This document shows, piece after piece, positions 19,497 through 30,814 of a stretch of 64,000 nt of DNA. The notes under the pieces are model-generated. The model saw only the letters and a list, made by a program, of their open reading frames with translations, made no database searches and was not told the origin of the DNA. The DNA comes from Nitrospinaceae bacterium (lineage in GTDB: Bacteria; Nitrospinota; Nitrospinia; Nitrospinales; Nitrospinaceae): contig OZ245011.1 in assembly GCA_965223665.1 (NCBI GenBank), positions 2,624,001 to 2,688,000 of the forward strand, in the 5' to 3' direction. Every line of letters begins with the position of its first letter. Within the stretch, counting starts at the first letter, position 1. A program made the position numbers and the translations under genes.

Positions 19497-20627
19497 TTAT
19501 TCGGTTTTACAAGATATTTGAATTTCCTCCAATACCCAAGGATTTGTCTCGTTTGGAAGGTGGTTACGAAAAATCGTATTTGCTTCTTTACCAAGGATTT
19601 GAGTTAAAGCCCAAACTGCATGTGCTCGGATAAGGGGTTCTTCATCCCTCAGGGCTTTAGTTAAAACAGGAACTGCTTCTAAGTCTCCTGAGTTTCCTAA
19701 TGCCACTGCCACATTTCGTAACAATCCTCTCCGTTTGATCCTTTTTATGGGGCTTTTGCGAAACCTTTCGCGAAATCCAACATCATCCAATTGCATGAGT
19801 TCAATGAGCAAGCGCGTTCCTTGTTTTTCCTGAAAAGCAGAATCTTCAGTGGGAACTGCGAAGGAATTCCAAGGGCACACAATTTGGCAATCATCACATC
19901 CATAAATACGGTTGCCTATGGGTTTCCGAAACTCCCTGGGAATTGGCCCTTTTAACTCAATGGTTAAATACGAAATACAACGGCGAGAGTCCAATACATA
20001 GGGAGCCACTATGGCTTGTGTCGGACAGATTTCAATACAACTGATACAAGTCCCACAATGGTCCACTCCGGGATCTGAGATAGGTAATTCCGCATCCGTC
20101 AATATCACTGCCAAAAAGTACCAGGAGCCTACACCTTCCGTCAGCAAATTAGTGTGTTTGCCTATCCAGCCTAAACCCGCTTGTTGTGCTAGTGGCTTTT
20201 CTAAAATAGGTCCCGTATCGACATAGCTTTTACTTTGGCATCCTGGAAATAATTCTGACAATGTATTTTCCAATTCTTTTAACCGCGGTTTAATAACATC
20301 ATGGTAATCCTGATTCAGTGCGTAATGGGAAATGTCTCCGGTTTGGGAATCTTCTAAAAACTCCAACCCTCGCGGTTGGGTAAAATAATTGGTTCTCAAA
20401 CATAGGACACTCTTCACTCCAGGTAAGACTTGATTAAGGTCTAAACGCTTATCTCTCCAACGCTTCATATATGCCATCTCGCCATTAAACCCTTGTTCTA
20501 ACCATTGCTCAAATTTGTTTCTAACCAAATCCAGTTTGGGTTCAGCTACTCCAATATCATCAAATTTCAATGACTCCGCTTTTTCAATCAATAACTGTAA
20601 TTTATTGTTTTCAGCAAAACCAATCAT
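19497..20627 (-). CDS. queG: Epoxyqueuosine reductase
   Basis: YVDTGPILE, CGTCISCIEICPT, RCISYLTIE, GCDDCQIVCPWN, HEAT-like tail. Confidence 0.95.
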   Translation of the reverse strand: MIGFAENNKLQLLIEKAESLKFDDIGVAEPKLDLVRNKFEQWLEQGFNGEMAYMKRWRDKRLDLNQVLPGVKSVLCLRTNYFTQPRGLEFLEDSQTGDISHYALNQDYHDVIKPRLKELENTLSELFPGCQSKSYVDTGPILEKPLAQQAGLGWIGKHTNLLTEGVGSWYFLAVILTDAELPISDPGVDHCGTCISCIEICPTQAIVAPYVLDSRRCISYLTIELKGPIPREFRKPIGNRIYGCDDCQIVCPWNSFAVPTEDSAFQEKQGTRLLIELMQLDDVGFRERFRKSPIKRIKRRGLLRNVAVALGNSGDLEAVPVLTKALRDEEPLIRAHAVWALTQILGKEANTIFRNHLPNETNPWVLEEIQISCKTE

Positions 20628-20700
20628 CGTTCAATTTCCATTGCTTGCTATGCAGGATTTTGTTATTCTCGAATTCACCATTCTAAATAAGGCAAATTCA

Positions 20701-21636
20701 ATGAATTCTACCGGCTTCATTTATCATCCAACATATCTCGAACACGATACCGGCTCGCATCCTGAAAATTCTGGTCGATTAAAGGCGATCATGCAAAAAC
20801 TTGATGGATCGGACCTTTACTCTCAACTTACTATAAAAGAGCCCCGTAAAGCGACTCCTGAAGAAATAGCTTTCAACCACCAATCGGAATATGTCGCAGC
20901 AGTCGATAAAGCCTGCCGAGAAGGAATCACCCGATTGGACGCAGACACTGTCGTTTGCGACAAATCTTATGAAGCAGCCCTGCTATCCGCTGGTGCAGGA
21001 CTAACTGCTGTGGACTTAGTGGTTGATGGCGATTGCAGCAACGCATTCGCCGCCGTAAGACCCCCCGGGCATCATGCCGAAAATAATTATGCCATGGGTT
21101 TTTGCTTGTTTAACAACGTGGCCATTGCAGCTGAATATGCTATCAAGAATAAGGGATTGAACCGAGTATTTATTTTTGATTGGGATGTACACCATGGCAA
21201 TGGAACCCAAAACTCTTTTTATTCTGACTCAAGGGTATTTTACAGCAGTACGCATCAATATCCATTTTATCCCGGTACCGGTGCTGAAGGAGAAACTGGG
21301 ACCGGTGATGGATTAGGGTCCACTCTAAACTTTCCCATGAGAGCTGATTCCAATGATAAAGATTATCTGCCTGTGATTAAGGATAAATTGATTCCGGCAA
21401 TGTTTAGCTTTAAACCTGACCTCATTATAATTTCCGCCGGATTCGATGCTCACCAGAATGATCCCCTTGCCAATATCAATATCACTACTGAATGTTATGG
21501 TGAAATGACCCAACTTATAAAATCTGCCGCCCAGGAAATTTGTCAAGGCCGGTTAATTTCCATGCTGGAGGGAGGCTATGATTACGATGCCCTGTCTGAC
21601 TCTGTTTACGCTCATTTGCAAAATTTGTTAAAATAA
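20701..21636 (+). CDS. Histone deacetylase family (acetylpolyamine amidohydrolase-like) protein
   Basis: HPEN, RPPGHHA, GFCLFNN, DWDVHHGNGTQ, SAGFDAH, LEGGY. Confidence 0.93.
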   Translation: MNSTGFIYHPTYLEHDTGSHPENSGRLKAIMQKLDGSDLYSQLTIKEPRKATPEEIAFNHQSEYVAAVDKACREGITRLDADTVVCDKSYEAALLSAGAGLTAVDLVVDGDCSNAFAAVRPPGHHAENNYAMGFCLFNNVAIAAEYAIKNKGLNRVFIFDWDVHHGNGTQNSFYSDSRVFYSSTHQYPFYPGTGAEGETGTGDGLGSTLNFPMRADSNDKDYLPVIKDKLIPAMFSFKPDLIIISAGFDAHQNDPLANINITTECYGEMTQLIKSAAQEICQGRLISMLEGGYDYDALSDSVYAHLQNLLK

Positions 21637-21668
21637 CTGCAAATTAACTTTAATGATAAACTTGAACT

Positions 21669-24143
21669 ATGCTTCAACAGTATATCCGCCAGTTTACAGA
21701 TAAGGTAATCGAGGCATTAAATGTGGGCACCATGGAAATGGTGAACCTTCGCCAAACCCTCCTCACCCCTGAATTCATTCTTATTGGCATTTTAGAACAA
21801 CAAGATTCACAAATTGTTAAATTGTTTGATACTTATTATCGAGAAGAAAAAGGCTTGGGAAGAAAGGTTCTGGACCGGTTGTTTGAAATTCAAAATCCGG
21901 AAGCCCAAACCAAAGAACACATGATCCAACACATTCAATTGGCAAAAGAAACAGAAAACCTGTTTGAAATTGCAATGGATGAGGCTAAAAAATTGGGCGA
22001 CCGATTTATTAGTGTAGGGGCCATGTTTCTGGCAATGTTCGATAAACGCACGGGGCAAGTTTCTGAAGTTCTCAATGATTTTGGACTCAAATACAATAAA
22101 GTAAAGGAAGATCTTGAAATCATGCGAGGAGGGATTTCCATTTCGGAAAAAAATGCGGAGGGAAAGTTAGATGTTTTAAGCCAATATACTACTGATCTTA
22201 CTGACATGGCCCGAAGGGGAGACTTAGACCCTGTAATTGGTCGTGAAAAAGAAATCAATCGAATCATTCAAATTCTTTCGCGACGCAAAAAAAACAATCC
22301 CGTTTTAATTGGCGAGCCCGGCGTGGGTAAAACAGTAATCGTTGAAGGCTTGGCTCAAAAAATTGTAAAAGCAGAAGTCCCTCATTCCTTGATGAACAAA
22401 AGAGTTAAAGTTTTAGAGATGTCTGAAATTATTGCCGGAGCCAAAATGCGCGGAGAATTTGAAGAACGCATGAAAGCAGTAAAAGATGAAATTGCCGCGG
22501 CCCATGGAAGTATTATTTTATTTATTGATGAACTACATACCATTGTTACCGCTGGTGCAGGCGCAGGGGGAGTAGACGCCTCCAATATGCTAAAGGCTGC
22601 TTTAGCTAAAGGACAGTTGCAATGTATTGGTGCCACTACATTGGATGATTACAAAAAAAGTATCGAAGAAGATAAAGCGTTAGCTCGTAGGTTTCAACCC
22701 ATCTTAGTTAACGAACCTTCTGTAGATTTAACAGTTTCTATGCTAGAAGCCCTTAAAAATAAATATGAGAAACACCATTCCATAACTTTTGATGAAGATG
22801 CATTAGTAGCCGCGGCAAAGCTATCTGAAAAACATATTTATGATCGAGCGTTGCCTGATAAAGCCGTCGACCTTTTAGATGAAGCAGGAGCCCAAAAACA
22901 TTTAGCTTTGATTTATGTTCCACCGGAGGTCCAACAATTAGAAAAAGACCGCAACCAAGTTTTGCAAAAACAAAAAGAGGCGTTCGATTCACAAAATTTT
23001 CAAAAAGTAGCTGAGCTACGGCAAGAAATTTTGGAAATTGACAATAAACTCCATAAAGAAAAAGAAGCATGGAATAAACAATTAAAAAGTGTGGATCATT
23101 CTGTCACGGTCGATGATATTGCCAACGTAGTTGCTACATGGACCGGAATTCCAGTTAATAAAATCCGGGAAACAGAAACTGCGAAACTTGTACATATGGA
23201 AGAAAATTTACATAAACGAGTGATTGGCCAAGATAACGCAATTATTGCCATCAGCAACGCCATACGCCGCAACCGAGCAGGTTTAAAAGAAAAAAACAGG
23301 CCCATTGGGTCCTTTCTGTTTTTAGGACCAACGGGAGTGGGGAAAACAGAATTGGCAAAAGCCCTAGCAGAATTTCTTTTAGATGATGAAAATCGATTGA
23401 TTCGCTTGGATATGTCTGAATATATGGAAAAGCATTCTGTTTCAAAAATCATTGGATCCCCACCGGGTTATGTTGGATACGACGAAGGAGGGCAACTTAC
23501 GGAAAAAGTCCGACGCCATCCATACTCGGTAATTCTGTTAGATGAATTAGAAAAAGCGCATCCTGACGTATTTAATATTTTATTACAATTACTCGATGAT
23601 GGAAGACTGACAGATGCTCATGGTCGGGTTACCAGCTTTAAAAATGCAATTATCATTGGCACTTCCAACATTGGAACTCAATCTATTACTACAGGGAAAA
23701 CTAAGGGGATAGGATTTGCGCAAACCGATGACAAAGAGAGAGATTATAATCAAGTGCGGTCCATGGTTTTAAATGAAGTACAAAAGTTGTTCAAACCGGA
23801 GTTCATCAATCGTTTAGATGATTTAATCGTTTTCCATAAATTAGAACCGGAGCAAATTAAAGAAATTGCCGTCCTTATGTTGAACAATTTGAATAAACGG
23901 CTGAAAGAAAGCAATATGGAATTAGAAGCCACTGAGGCGGTTAAGGTCCAATTGGCAAAAGACGGTTTCAGCGAAATGTATGGCGCACGCCCTCTGCGCC
24001 GATTAATTGAGGAAAAAATTGAGAATGCACTTTCGATGAAAATTATCAATGGGGAAGTAAATCCAGGTGAAAAAATTCTGGTAGATTACAGAAATGATGA
24101 GTACGTTTTTACATCGCGTACCCTCGCCCCTGAAAAGAGTTAA
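21669..24143 (+). CDS. clpC: ATP-dependent Clp protease ATP-binding subunit (ClpC-type)
   Basis: Clp-N repeats, two AAA+ modules (GEPGVGKT, GPTGVGKT), IGF ClpP-binding loop, short middle domain. Confidence 0.88.
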   Translation: MLQQYIRQFTDKVIEALNVGTMEMVNLRQTLLTPEFILIGILEQQDSQIVKLFDTYYREEKGLGRKVLDRLFEIQNPEAQTKEHMIQHIQLAKETENLFEIAMDEAKKLGDRFISVGAMFLAMFDKRTGQVSEVLNDFGLKYNKVKEDLEIMRGGISISEKNAEGKLDVLSQYTTDLTDMARRGDLDPVIGREKEINRIIQILSRRKKNNPVLIGEPGVGKTVIVEGLAQKIVKAEVPHSLMNKRVKVLEMSEIIAGAKMRGEFEERMKAVKDEIAAAHGSIILFIDELHTIVTAGAGAGGVDASNMLKAALAKGQLQCIGATTLDDYKKSIEEDKALARRFQPILVNEPSVDLTVSMLEALKNKYEKHHSITFDEDALVAAAKLSEKHIYDRALPDKAVDLLDEAGAQKHLALIYVPPEVQQLEKDRNQVLQKQKEAFDSQNFQKVAELRQEILEIDNKLHKEKEAWNKQLKSVDHSVTVDDIANVVATWTGIPVNKIRETETAKLVHMEENLHKRVIGQDNAIIAISNAIRRNRAGLKEKNRPIGSFLFLGPTGVGKTELAKALAEFLLDDENRLIRLDMSEYMEKHSVSKIIGSPPGYVGYDEGGQLTEKVRRHPYSVILLDELEKAHPDVFNILLQLLDDGRLTDAHGRVTSFKNAIIIGTSNIGTQSITTGKTKGIGFAQTDDKERDYNQVRSMVLNEVQKLFKPEFINRLDDLIVFHKLEPEQIKEIAVLMLNNLNKRLKESNMELEATEAVKVQLAKDGFSEMYGARPLRRLIEEKIENALSMKIINGEVNPGEKILVDYRNDEYVFTSRTLAPEKS

Positions 24144-24147
24144 CATT

Positions 24148-24666
24148 GTGGAAAATCCCCCAGAAAAATGGGTCCATTTAGCTATATTAATTAGCTTGGG
24201 AGTTGTCTTACATAGAGTAGAAGCCTTTCTTCCCTTACCTTCCCCTTGGGTAAAATTGGGTTTGGCTAATATTATGTCTCTCGTAGCATTAGCATTATAT
24301 GGCTTCCAGGCAGCGCTTTTAGTTACAATTTGGCGCGTAGTGTTAGGAGGGATTTTGGGAGGAACTTTTTTAAGCCCGACATTTTTTTTGAGTATAGGAG
24401 GAGGATTGGCTGCCGTTGTTATGATGGCACTTGTATTTCGATTGGGTTACGGAAGATTAAGTTTAATCGGCGTTAGTGTTGCCGCAGCATATGCTCATAC
24501 AATTGCAATTTTCTTTCTGGTATTTTTCTTTTTTATTTATCAAAAAACTTTTCTAAATTTACTTCCCCTTTTTCTAACCTTATCTCTGGTTTCTGGAATT
24601 TTAACCGGTATCCTTGCCAACCATGTCACGCAAGGGTTACGAGAAGAAGGTTTTTTACTTAAATAA
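24148..24666 (+). CDS. Gx transporter family (heptaprenyl diphosphate synthase component I-like) membrane protein
   Basis: P.PWVKLGLANI, SLIGVSVAAAYAH; start uncertain (GTG 24148). Confidence 0.8.
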   Translation: MENPPEKWVHLAILISLGVVLHRVEAFLPLPSPWVKLGLANIMSLVALALYGFQAALLVTIWRVVLGGILGGTFLSPTFFLSIGGGLAAVVMMALVFRLGYGRLSLIGVSVAAAYAHTIAIFFLVFFFFIYQKTFLNLLPLFLTLSLVSGILTGILANHVTQGLREEGFLLK

Positions 24667-24799
24667 CTCTATCAAAAAGAGCTCAAAATTCTCTAGTTCT
24701 CATTTTGACTTATTTTTCCCATTCATTTAGACTTAAATAATACTTCTAATTAATCCAGAATAAATTCCTTTTAAGACAATAAATCAGAAAAATAATACT

Positions 24800-25483
24800 G
24801 TGAAACTATCAATAGTAATTCCAATTTATAATGAAAAGGCTACACTCCCTACCCTGCTCGAAAGAGTAGAAGCCGTCAATTATGAAAAAGAAATTATACT
24901 GGTTGATGATTATTCTACTGATGGAACAAGAGAATTAGTTAAGGAATATGAAGGCAAAGAAGGCTTTATAGTAGCTTTTCATCCTAATAATATGGGGAAA
25001 GGAGCTGCACTGCGTACCGGATTTTCCAAAGTTAGTGGGGATATTGTTGTCATCCAGGATGCAGATTTAGAGTATAATCCTCAAGAATATTCCAAACTAT
25101 TAGAGCCAATTTTGGATGGACGTGCGGATGTAGTTTATGGTTCCCGTTTTTTAGGAGGTCCGCATCGAGTATTATTTTTCTGGCATTATTTAGGAAACAG
25201 AGTATTGACAACTTTTTCAAATATCTTCACTAATTTAAATTTAACTGATATGGAAACCTGCTATAAAGTATTCACAAAGAATGTTCTTAGTTCAATTACT
25301 GTCAAATGTGATCGCTTTGGTTTTGAACCAGAATTTACTAGCAAAGTTGCCAAAAGAAAATTCAGAATTTACGAGGTCCCTATTTCATACAGCGGTCGAG
25401 ATTATACCGAAGGAAAAAAAATTGGTTGGAAAGACGGAGTGGCAGCTCTCTGGTTTATTATTAAATTTCGCTTAGTGGATTAA
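24800..25483 (+). CDS. GT2 glycosyltransferase (DPM1-like)
   Basis: [33 protein letters not shown]. Confidence 0.9.
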   Translation: MKLSIVIPIYNEKATLPTLLERVEAVNYEKEIILVDDYSTDGTRELVKEYEGKEGFIVAFHPNNMGKGAALRTGFSKVSGDIVVIQDADLEYNPQEYSKLLEPILDGRADVVYGSRFLGGPHRVLFFWHYLGNRVLTTFSNIFTNLNLTDMETCYKVFTKNVLSSITVKCDRFGFEPEFTSKVAKRKFRIYEVPISYSGRDYTEGKKIGWKDGVAALWFIIKFRLVD

Positions 25484-25486
25484 ATT

Positions 25487-26845
25487 CTACCCGTATTTAG
25501 GTATCTTCCCCGATTTTAATTCCTCCTCAAACCTCCCTGTTTCTCTTGCCAATAAACGACTAAGGCCAATTAGACCAATTAAATTGGGAACAGCCATACA
25601 GGCGTTCATCACATCTGAAAAATTCCAGACAATTTCTAATTTCAAAATTGAACCCAAAAATACAACCCCTATCCATAATACTCTATAAAATAAAATCCAT
25701 CTTTCTCCTGCTATATATTCAAAACATTTTTCTCCGTAATAGCACCAGCCCAAAATTGTTGAAAAAGCAAAAGTAATAACGCCTAAAGTTACAAGCCAAA
25801 GACCCCAATCTCCAAACAATCCTTTCTGAAAAGCAACTATGGTCAAAGCAACACCAGTTTCTCCCGTAGTCCAAGATTGCGTAACAGCAAGCACCAAACC
25901 AGTGAGCGTACAAACAATAATGGTATCCAGAAAAGTTCCTGTCATTGAGACTAATGCTTGCTTAGCAGGTTGATTCGTCTTTGCTGCTGCCGCCGCAATT
26001 GGTGCCGATCCTAAACCTGATTCATTTGAAAAAAGACCCCTGGCAACACCAAAACGTATAGCTTGAGCTAAAGTTGCGCCTGCAAAACCCCCTGCGGCAG
26101 CTGTTCCGTTAAAAGCACTTTTACAAATTAAAACCAGACCTTGAGGAATTTGATCGATAAATTTAACAATTATATACATACAGGCCGCAAAATATATCAC
26201 CACCATAATGGGAACAAAAAAAGAAACAACGTCTGATATTCTTTTTACTCCCCCCAAAACCACTAATCCTGTTGCCCCCGCTAATAAGAATCCTAAATAT
26301 ACTTTATCAATGTCCCAAACTTTGACCACCGCTGCAGCAGTGGTATTCGCTTGCACCATATTCCCGATTCCAAAAGCTGCTAATGAACCAAAAAGCGCAA
26401 AGAGCAATCCGAGCCATTTCCAACCTAATCCAGATTCCAAATAGTACATGGGCCCACCCGAAAATTCTCCTTTACGATTTTTTTGGCGAAACCTTACTGC
26501 TAAAAAAGCTTCAGCGTATTTAGTCGCCATTCCAAATAAAGCTGTAATCCACATCCAAAAAACCGCTCCCGGGCCCCCCAAAGCCACTGCGGTACTGACT
26601 CCTGCAATATTGCCTACACCAATAGTGGCTGCCAAAGCAATCATCAACGCCCCAAAATGAGAAATATCTCCTTCACCTTTTCGATCTTTAGAGAAAGTTA
26701 ACCGCAAACCATAAAATAAAAGCCTAAATTGGATTCCCCGTAATTGAATAGTGAGCAATATTCCCGTGCCCAAAAGAAGGGCTAATAACCAAGGACCCCA
26801 AACGATACTGCTAAGATCGGCTAAAAATTGATTTATAGCTTTCAT
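25487..26845 (-). CDS. Alanine/glycine:cation symporter (AGCS family)
   Basis: GVGNIAGV, GGPGAVFWMW, GGPMYY, RGLFSNESGLGS. Confidence 0.93.
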   Translation of the reverse strand: MKAINQFLADLSSIVWGPWLLALLLGTGILLTIQLRGIQFRLLFYGLRLTFSKDRKGEGDISHFGALMIALAATIGVGNIAGVSTAVALGGPGAVFWMWITALFGMATKYAEAFLAVRFRQKNRKGEFSGGPMYYLESGLGWKWLGLLFALFGSLAAFGIGNMVQANTTAAAVVKVWDIDKVYLGFLLAGATGLVVLGGVKRISDVVSFFVPIMVVIYFAACMYIIVKFIDQIPQGLVLICKSAFNGTAAAGGFAGATLAQAIRFGVARGLFSNESGLGSAPIAAAAAKTNQPAKQALVSMTGTFLDTIIVCTLTGLVLAVTQSWTTGETGVALTIVAFQKGLFGDWGLWLVTLGVITFAFSTILGWCYYGEKCFEYIAGERWILFYRVLWIGVVFLGSILKLEIVWNFSDVMNACMAVPNLIGLIGLSRLLARETGRFEEELKSGKIPKYG

Positions 26846-26908
26846 AATTTGGGAAAATTATTTGGTAGGTTTAATGGGGTAAGTCAAACAAACAATATTA
26901 AAACTGTA

Positions 26909-26930
26909 AAAAGAGTCCTCGGACTCTTTT
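26909..26930 (-). terminator. Rho-independent terminator after the DUF4124 gene
   Basis: AAAAGAGTC-CTCG-GACTCTTTT hairpin with A/T tails. Confidence 0.65.
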
Positions 26931-26941
26931 CCATGGCTAAT

Positions 26942-27781
26942 CTAATATGAAGAGCCTTCCGTTTTCAAACGTTGATTTCTTTTTGCGGAATCAAGAGAAT
27001 CAGAGGAATTAGAATACTTTTTTTCTAAAGCTTGTTTTTCGTTTTTTTTATTTTTTTCCACTTTTTCTTTCTCGTTCTTTTCTTTTTCAGCTTTTTCTTT
27101 CTTAGCTAATTCCTTTTTTTCTTTGTCTTTTTCTAAAGCCTTCTCCAGTTTACTAATTAATCCTTGCTGGGTTTTCGCTTCACCTCTCACCCGGTTAAAC
27201 ATCGCTACCAAGTGTGTTTTTAACCCTAGACCTACCGACTTTGCCTGTTTATCTTTTTGGATACTTTGATTTAGAAAGTTTTTAGTTTCTAATAACTCAG
27301 GAACTTTTGAAGAAGCAAGATCCGACGCTAATTTTTCTTTTGCAGGTAATCCGCCTTGAATAGAGGTAACTAATCTTCGTCCGTTCGTAAAATTATAAAC
27401 AACATCGTCAAAGGCTTTAACTCTTAACACATTATTTTTCAAATTTGTTATAGAGCGTTGGACAAGGGCTTCATCTTTTTTGGAAAATCCATCATCTAAA
27501 GGTTTTTCAGGAGTTTGTGACTCAGTCGAATTTGAATCTTCTTTAGATTCTGGTTTTTTTAATTTTGGATCAGAAAAACCTCGCAAAGGCTTCATACTAG
27601 GCCCACTCCGGTATTTTATCGGAATGTTGCTTTCATTATTGGTGTAATGGACCTTTCCTTGATCATCCACATATTTATAAACTTTTGCACACACTCCATA
27701 AGGGTGAGAAAAAAATAGCCCAAAAATCATTAAAAAAACACAATTTAACTTAATTGAAAAACTTTTTACTTGCATGTTCAT
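26942..27781 (-). CDS. DUF4124-domain secreted protein with charged coiled-coil tail
   Basis: Signal peptide then VYKYVDDQGKVHYTN..IP.KY. Confidence 0.75.
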   Translation of the reverse strand: MNMQVKSFSIKLNCVFLMIFGLFFSHPYGVCAKVYKYVDDQGKVHYTNNESNIPIKYRSGPSMKPLRGFSDPKLKKPESKEDSNSTESQTPEKPLDDGFSKKDEALVQRSITNLKNNVLRVKAFDDVVYNFTNGRRLVTSIQGGLPAKEKLASDLASSKVPELLETKNFLNQSIQKDKQAKSVGLGLKTHLVAMFNRVRGEAKTQQGLISKLEKALEKDKEKKELAKKEKAEKEKNEKEKVEKNKKNEKQALEKKYSNSSDSLDSAKRNQRLKTEGSSY

Positions 27782-27888
27782 GATTCTCGAAAATTGATTA
27801 AAAGTTTTCCCCCTTTAGAATTATAACAACCGAAAGAAGTCTCTGCTATAATTTAATTAAAAGTTCAACTTATAAGAGAGTTCCTAAT

Positions 27889-28437
27889 ATGACTTTAAGT
27901 CCCCTAAAGTTTATTGATGAAAATGCTTTCTTTTTAGGAAACCAAGATCGCGTTGTCGGTTTTTTTCTTTATGATACTTACAATAAAGAGGTCGCCAAGG
28001 TAAAAGGTCTCATGGTAGATTTGGATTATCATAGGCCACAGTATTTGGTTATAGAACTAGGAGGATTTTTATCCACAGAAGGTAAAATCATTTTATTTCC
28101 CAAAGAACTTTATCAACCAGCAGGCCTTGGAAAAGTTGTTACGGATTGGACGCGGGAATCTATTCAGCAGGCTCCCTCTGTTGAAAACCTGGCAACACTC
28201 TCTCGGGAAGAGGAACAATTAATTTTAAGCTATTTTGATATAAAACCCTATTGGGAAACAAACATAGAAAAAGAAAAACCCAAACTTCCAAAAAATAATG
28301 ATGTGTTTGATAACGATTTAGAGGAATATAAACAAAAAATGGTTACTGACACTTTTGGAAAAACATGGAAAGATACCGGCAGAGAAATTCCAAATTTAAC
28401 CCTGGATCGAAAACCCCCTATCCCACCCAATAAATAA
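27889..28437 (+). CDS. PRC-barrel domain protein
   Basis: KVKGLMVD...YLVIELGGFL...ESIQQAP...YFDIKPYW. Confidence 0.75.
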   Translation: MTLSPLKFIDENAFFLGNQDRVVGFFLYDTYNKEVAKVKGLMVDLDYHRPQYLVIELGGFLSTEGKIILFPKELYQPAGLGKVVTDWTRESIQQAPSVENLATLSREEEQLILSYFDIKPYWETNIEKEKPKLPKNNDVFDNDLEEYKQKMVTDTFGKTWKDTGREIPNLTLDRKPPIPPNK

Positions 28438-28441
28438 TCTC

Positions 28442-29539
28442 TCAATTTTTGGTTTTATCCTTACTATTTACTCGCTCAAGCAACCTGTCCACTGCTTCCA
28501 CTACATCGATTACACTGATATCTTCAATACAAAATGGTTTATTGTGGGAAGAAGGCTCACATTCCTTAAAAAAATTGTGCCGACAAGGAGAACATGGAAA
28601 ATTCTTAGTTACAATTTCTTTCTTTTCTTCGGAAATACATGGGTCCGTCGTTAAGCGATTACCTGGTCCAAAAATGGCTACAATGGGTGTGTCTACTAAC
28701 GAGGCTAAATTCATTATTCCGCTGTCATTCGCTACCAGAAGTTTACAGTTTTTTAAAATTCCTAACACAACCTGTAGGTTTAATCCTGTCAACGAAGTTA
28801 CATGGGACAGCGGACAAAAATCTTTAACTTTATTGATTAAGGATTCTTCAGCCTTACTTCCTAGCAAAATAATTTTGGCTCTTTTTTCTTTTATCAATCG
28901 TTGACATAGAATCCCAAAGCGCTCTACATGCCAACGCTTTTCAGGTTTAGAGGCCCCTGGCTGAACTGCAATAACTAAGTCACTAGATTTTATTCCCATT
29001 TGAGACAACATTTCGAATTGCGCTCTTTTTTCATTTTCTCCAACCAATTCTTTAAACTTTTTTTCAATATGGGTAATACCCAAAGGAGATAAAAGATGAA
29101 AATAATAGTCTATTCCGTGAATTTTTTTGGAATCCATTACAGCTGGTATCGGATCAGTTAGCCAAGTACTTCTTCCATCAGTGTTATACCCGATCCGTAC
29201 TTTTGGCTTGGCAATATAAGTCAAGACGGCGCTTCTCAATGAATTAGGCAAAACAATTCCCAGGTCAAACCTATATTTTCTCAAAGTCCATGCAAATCGT
29301 AATGATGCAAACCACTCATTTTTTTTAAATGGAATTTTAATTACAGAATCAATATCTGGATGATTCAAAAGGAACTCATTAGATGGAGCCCGGACCACTA
29401 CGGTAATTCTTGATTGGGGATAATTTAGACGTAAAGCCTGAATTGTTGGAAGAGCAAAAACAACATCACCAATCCAATTTGGCATCCAAACTAAAATATG
29501 ATTAATCGGTGTTTCTTTTAAATAGGTGGAGGGCTGCAT
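28442..29539 (-). CDS. waaF: LPS heptosyltransferase II (GT9)
   Basis: PNWIGDVV, PGASKPEKRW, NDSGIM, PCSPC. Confidence 0.85.
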   Translation of the reverse strand: MQPSTYLKETPINHILVWMPNWIGDVVFALPTIQALRLNYPQSRITVVVRAPSNEFLLNHPDIDSVIKIPFKKNEWFASLRFAWTLRKYRFDLGIVLPNSLRSAVLTYIAKPKVRIGYNTDGRSTWLTDPIPAVMDSKKIHGIDYYFHLLSPLGITHIEKKFKELVGENEKRAQFEMLSQMGIKSSDLVIAVQPGASKPEKRWHVERFGILCQRLIKEKRAKIILLGSKAEESLINKVKDFCPLSHVTSLTGLNLQVVLGILKNCKLLVANDSGIMNLASLVDTPIVAIFGPGNRLTTDPCISEEKKEIVTKNFPCSPCRHNFFKECEPSSHNKPFCIEDISVIDVVEAVDRLLERVNSKDKTKN

Positions 29540-29556
29540 AGCTTTAAAGGATCGGG

Positions 29557-30810
29557 TTAGTGAACTCGTTTAATATTTGCCCCTAATTTAGATAATTTTT
29601 TCTCCATTTTTTCATAACCTCGGTCAATATGATAAACACGGGAAATAACCGTTTCACCCTGCGCAGCTAATCCCGCTAAGACCAAAGATGCACTGGCCCT
29701 GAGATCAGTAGCCATAACCGGAGCCCCATTTAATTGGTTCACTCCTCTCACAATTGCCGTGTGACCATCTATAAGAATATCTGCCCCCAATCGTTTCAGT
29801 TCTGCCGCATGCATAAAACGATTTTCAAAAACCGTTTCCGAGATAATACTTTGTCCTTTTGCCAAACACATCAATGCCATAAATTGAGCTTGGACATCCG
29901 TTGCAAAACCAGGATAGGGTTGAGTTTTGATATTTACCGAGTTTAAAGTTCCCAACCCTCGGACTTTGACAGAATTTCCCTCTTCTTTTATATCGACTCC
30001 AGCCTCACGGAGCTTTAAAATTACCGGTTCCATATGAGAGGGAATACAATTGATTAATTCAATATCGCCTTGTGTTATTGCACCGGCAATCATATACGAA
30101 GCGGCTTCAATTCTATCCGGAAAAATTCCACATTGAATAGGCTTTAAGGAAGGTACTCCCTGGATAATAATCATGTCTGTTCCCCCACCTTCAATTTTGG
30201 CACCAGCAGCGTTTAATATATCTGCTAAAAACTCTACCTCTGGTTCTTTGGCCACATTTTCCAAAACCGTTTCCCCCTCAGCTAATACTGCCGCCATCAT
30301 AACATTCATGGTTCCTGTGACCGTAACAGTGTCAAAATAAAAATGGGTCCCTTTTAAATATTTTGCCGTACCACGGACATAGCCGCCCTCCAATTCAATA
30401 TTCGCTCCTAGCGCTTGCAACCCTTTAATATGAAGATCAATTGGACGTGCTCCAATAGCACAACCCCCGGGCAAGGACACTTCCGCTTTACCCAATCTGG
30501 CCAATAAGGGTCCCAAAACTAAGCAAGAAGCCCTCATGGTCGAAACTAAATCATACCTGGCACAATGTTTGTTAATTGAAGTCGTATCTAAAATAACTTG
30601 ATTATTTTTTATTTCGCTTACATCGGCTCCTAAATCCTTAACCAGTGCTACCATTGTAGAAACATCACGGACATTAGGAAGGTTATGAATTTTATTTTCA
30701 CCCTGCGTAAGTAAGGTGGCTGCTAAAACAGGTAAAACTGCATTTTTCGCACCACTCAAATGAACCTGACCTTTTAAGGGATACCCACCTTGAATAACAA
30801 TTTTATCCAA
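29557..30810 (-). CDS. murA: UDP-N-acetylglucosamine 1-carboxyvinyltransferase
   Basis: GAKNAVLP, LPGGCAIGARP, FENRFMH, ATDLRA, HIDRGYE. Confidence 0.97.
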   Translation of the reverse strand: MDKIVIQGGYPLKGQVHLSGAKNAVLPVLAATLLTQGENKIHNLPNVRDVSTMVALVKDLGADVSEIKNNQVILDTTSINKHCARYDLVSTMRASCLVLGPLLARLGKAEVSLPGGCAIGARPIDLHIKGLQALGANIELEGGYVRGTAKYLKGTHFYFDTVTVTGTMNVMMAAVLAEGETVLENVAKEPEVEFLADILNAAGAKIEGGGTDMIIIQGVPSLKPIQCGIFPDRIEAASYMIAGAITQGDIELINCIPSHMEPVILKLREAGVDIKEEGNSVKVRGLGTLNSVNIKTQPYPGFATDVQAQFMALMCLAKGQSIISETVFENRFMHAAELKRLGADILIDGHTAIVRGVNQLNGAPVMATDLRASASLVLAGLAAQGETVISRVYHIDRGYEKMEKKLSKLGANIKRVH

Positions 30811-30814
30811 AAAA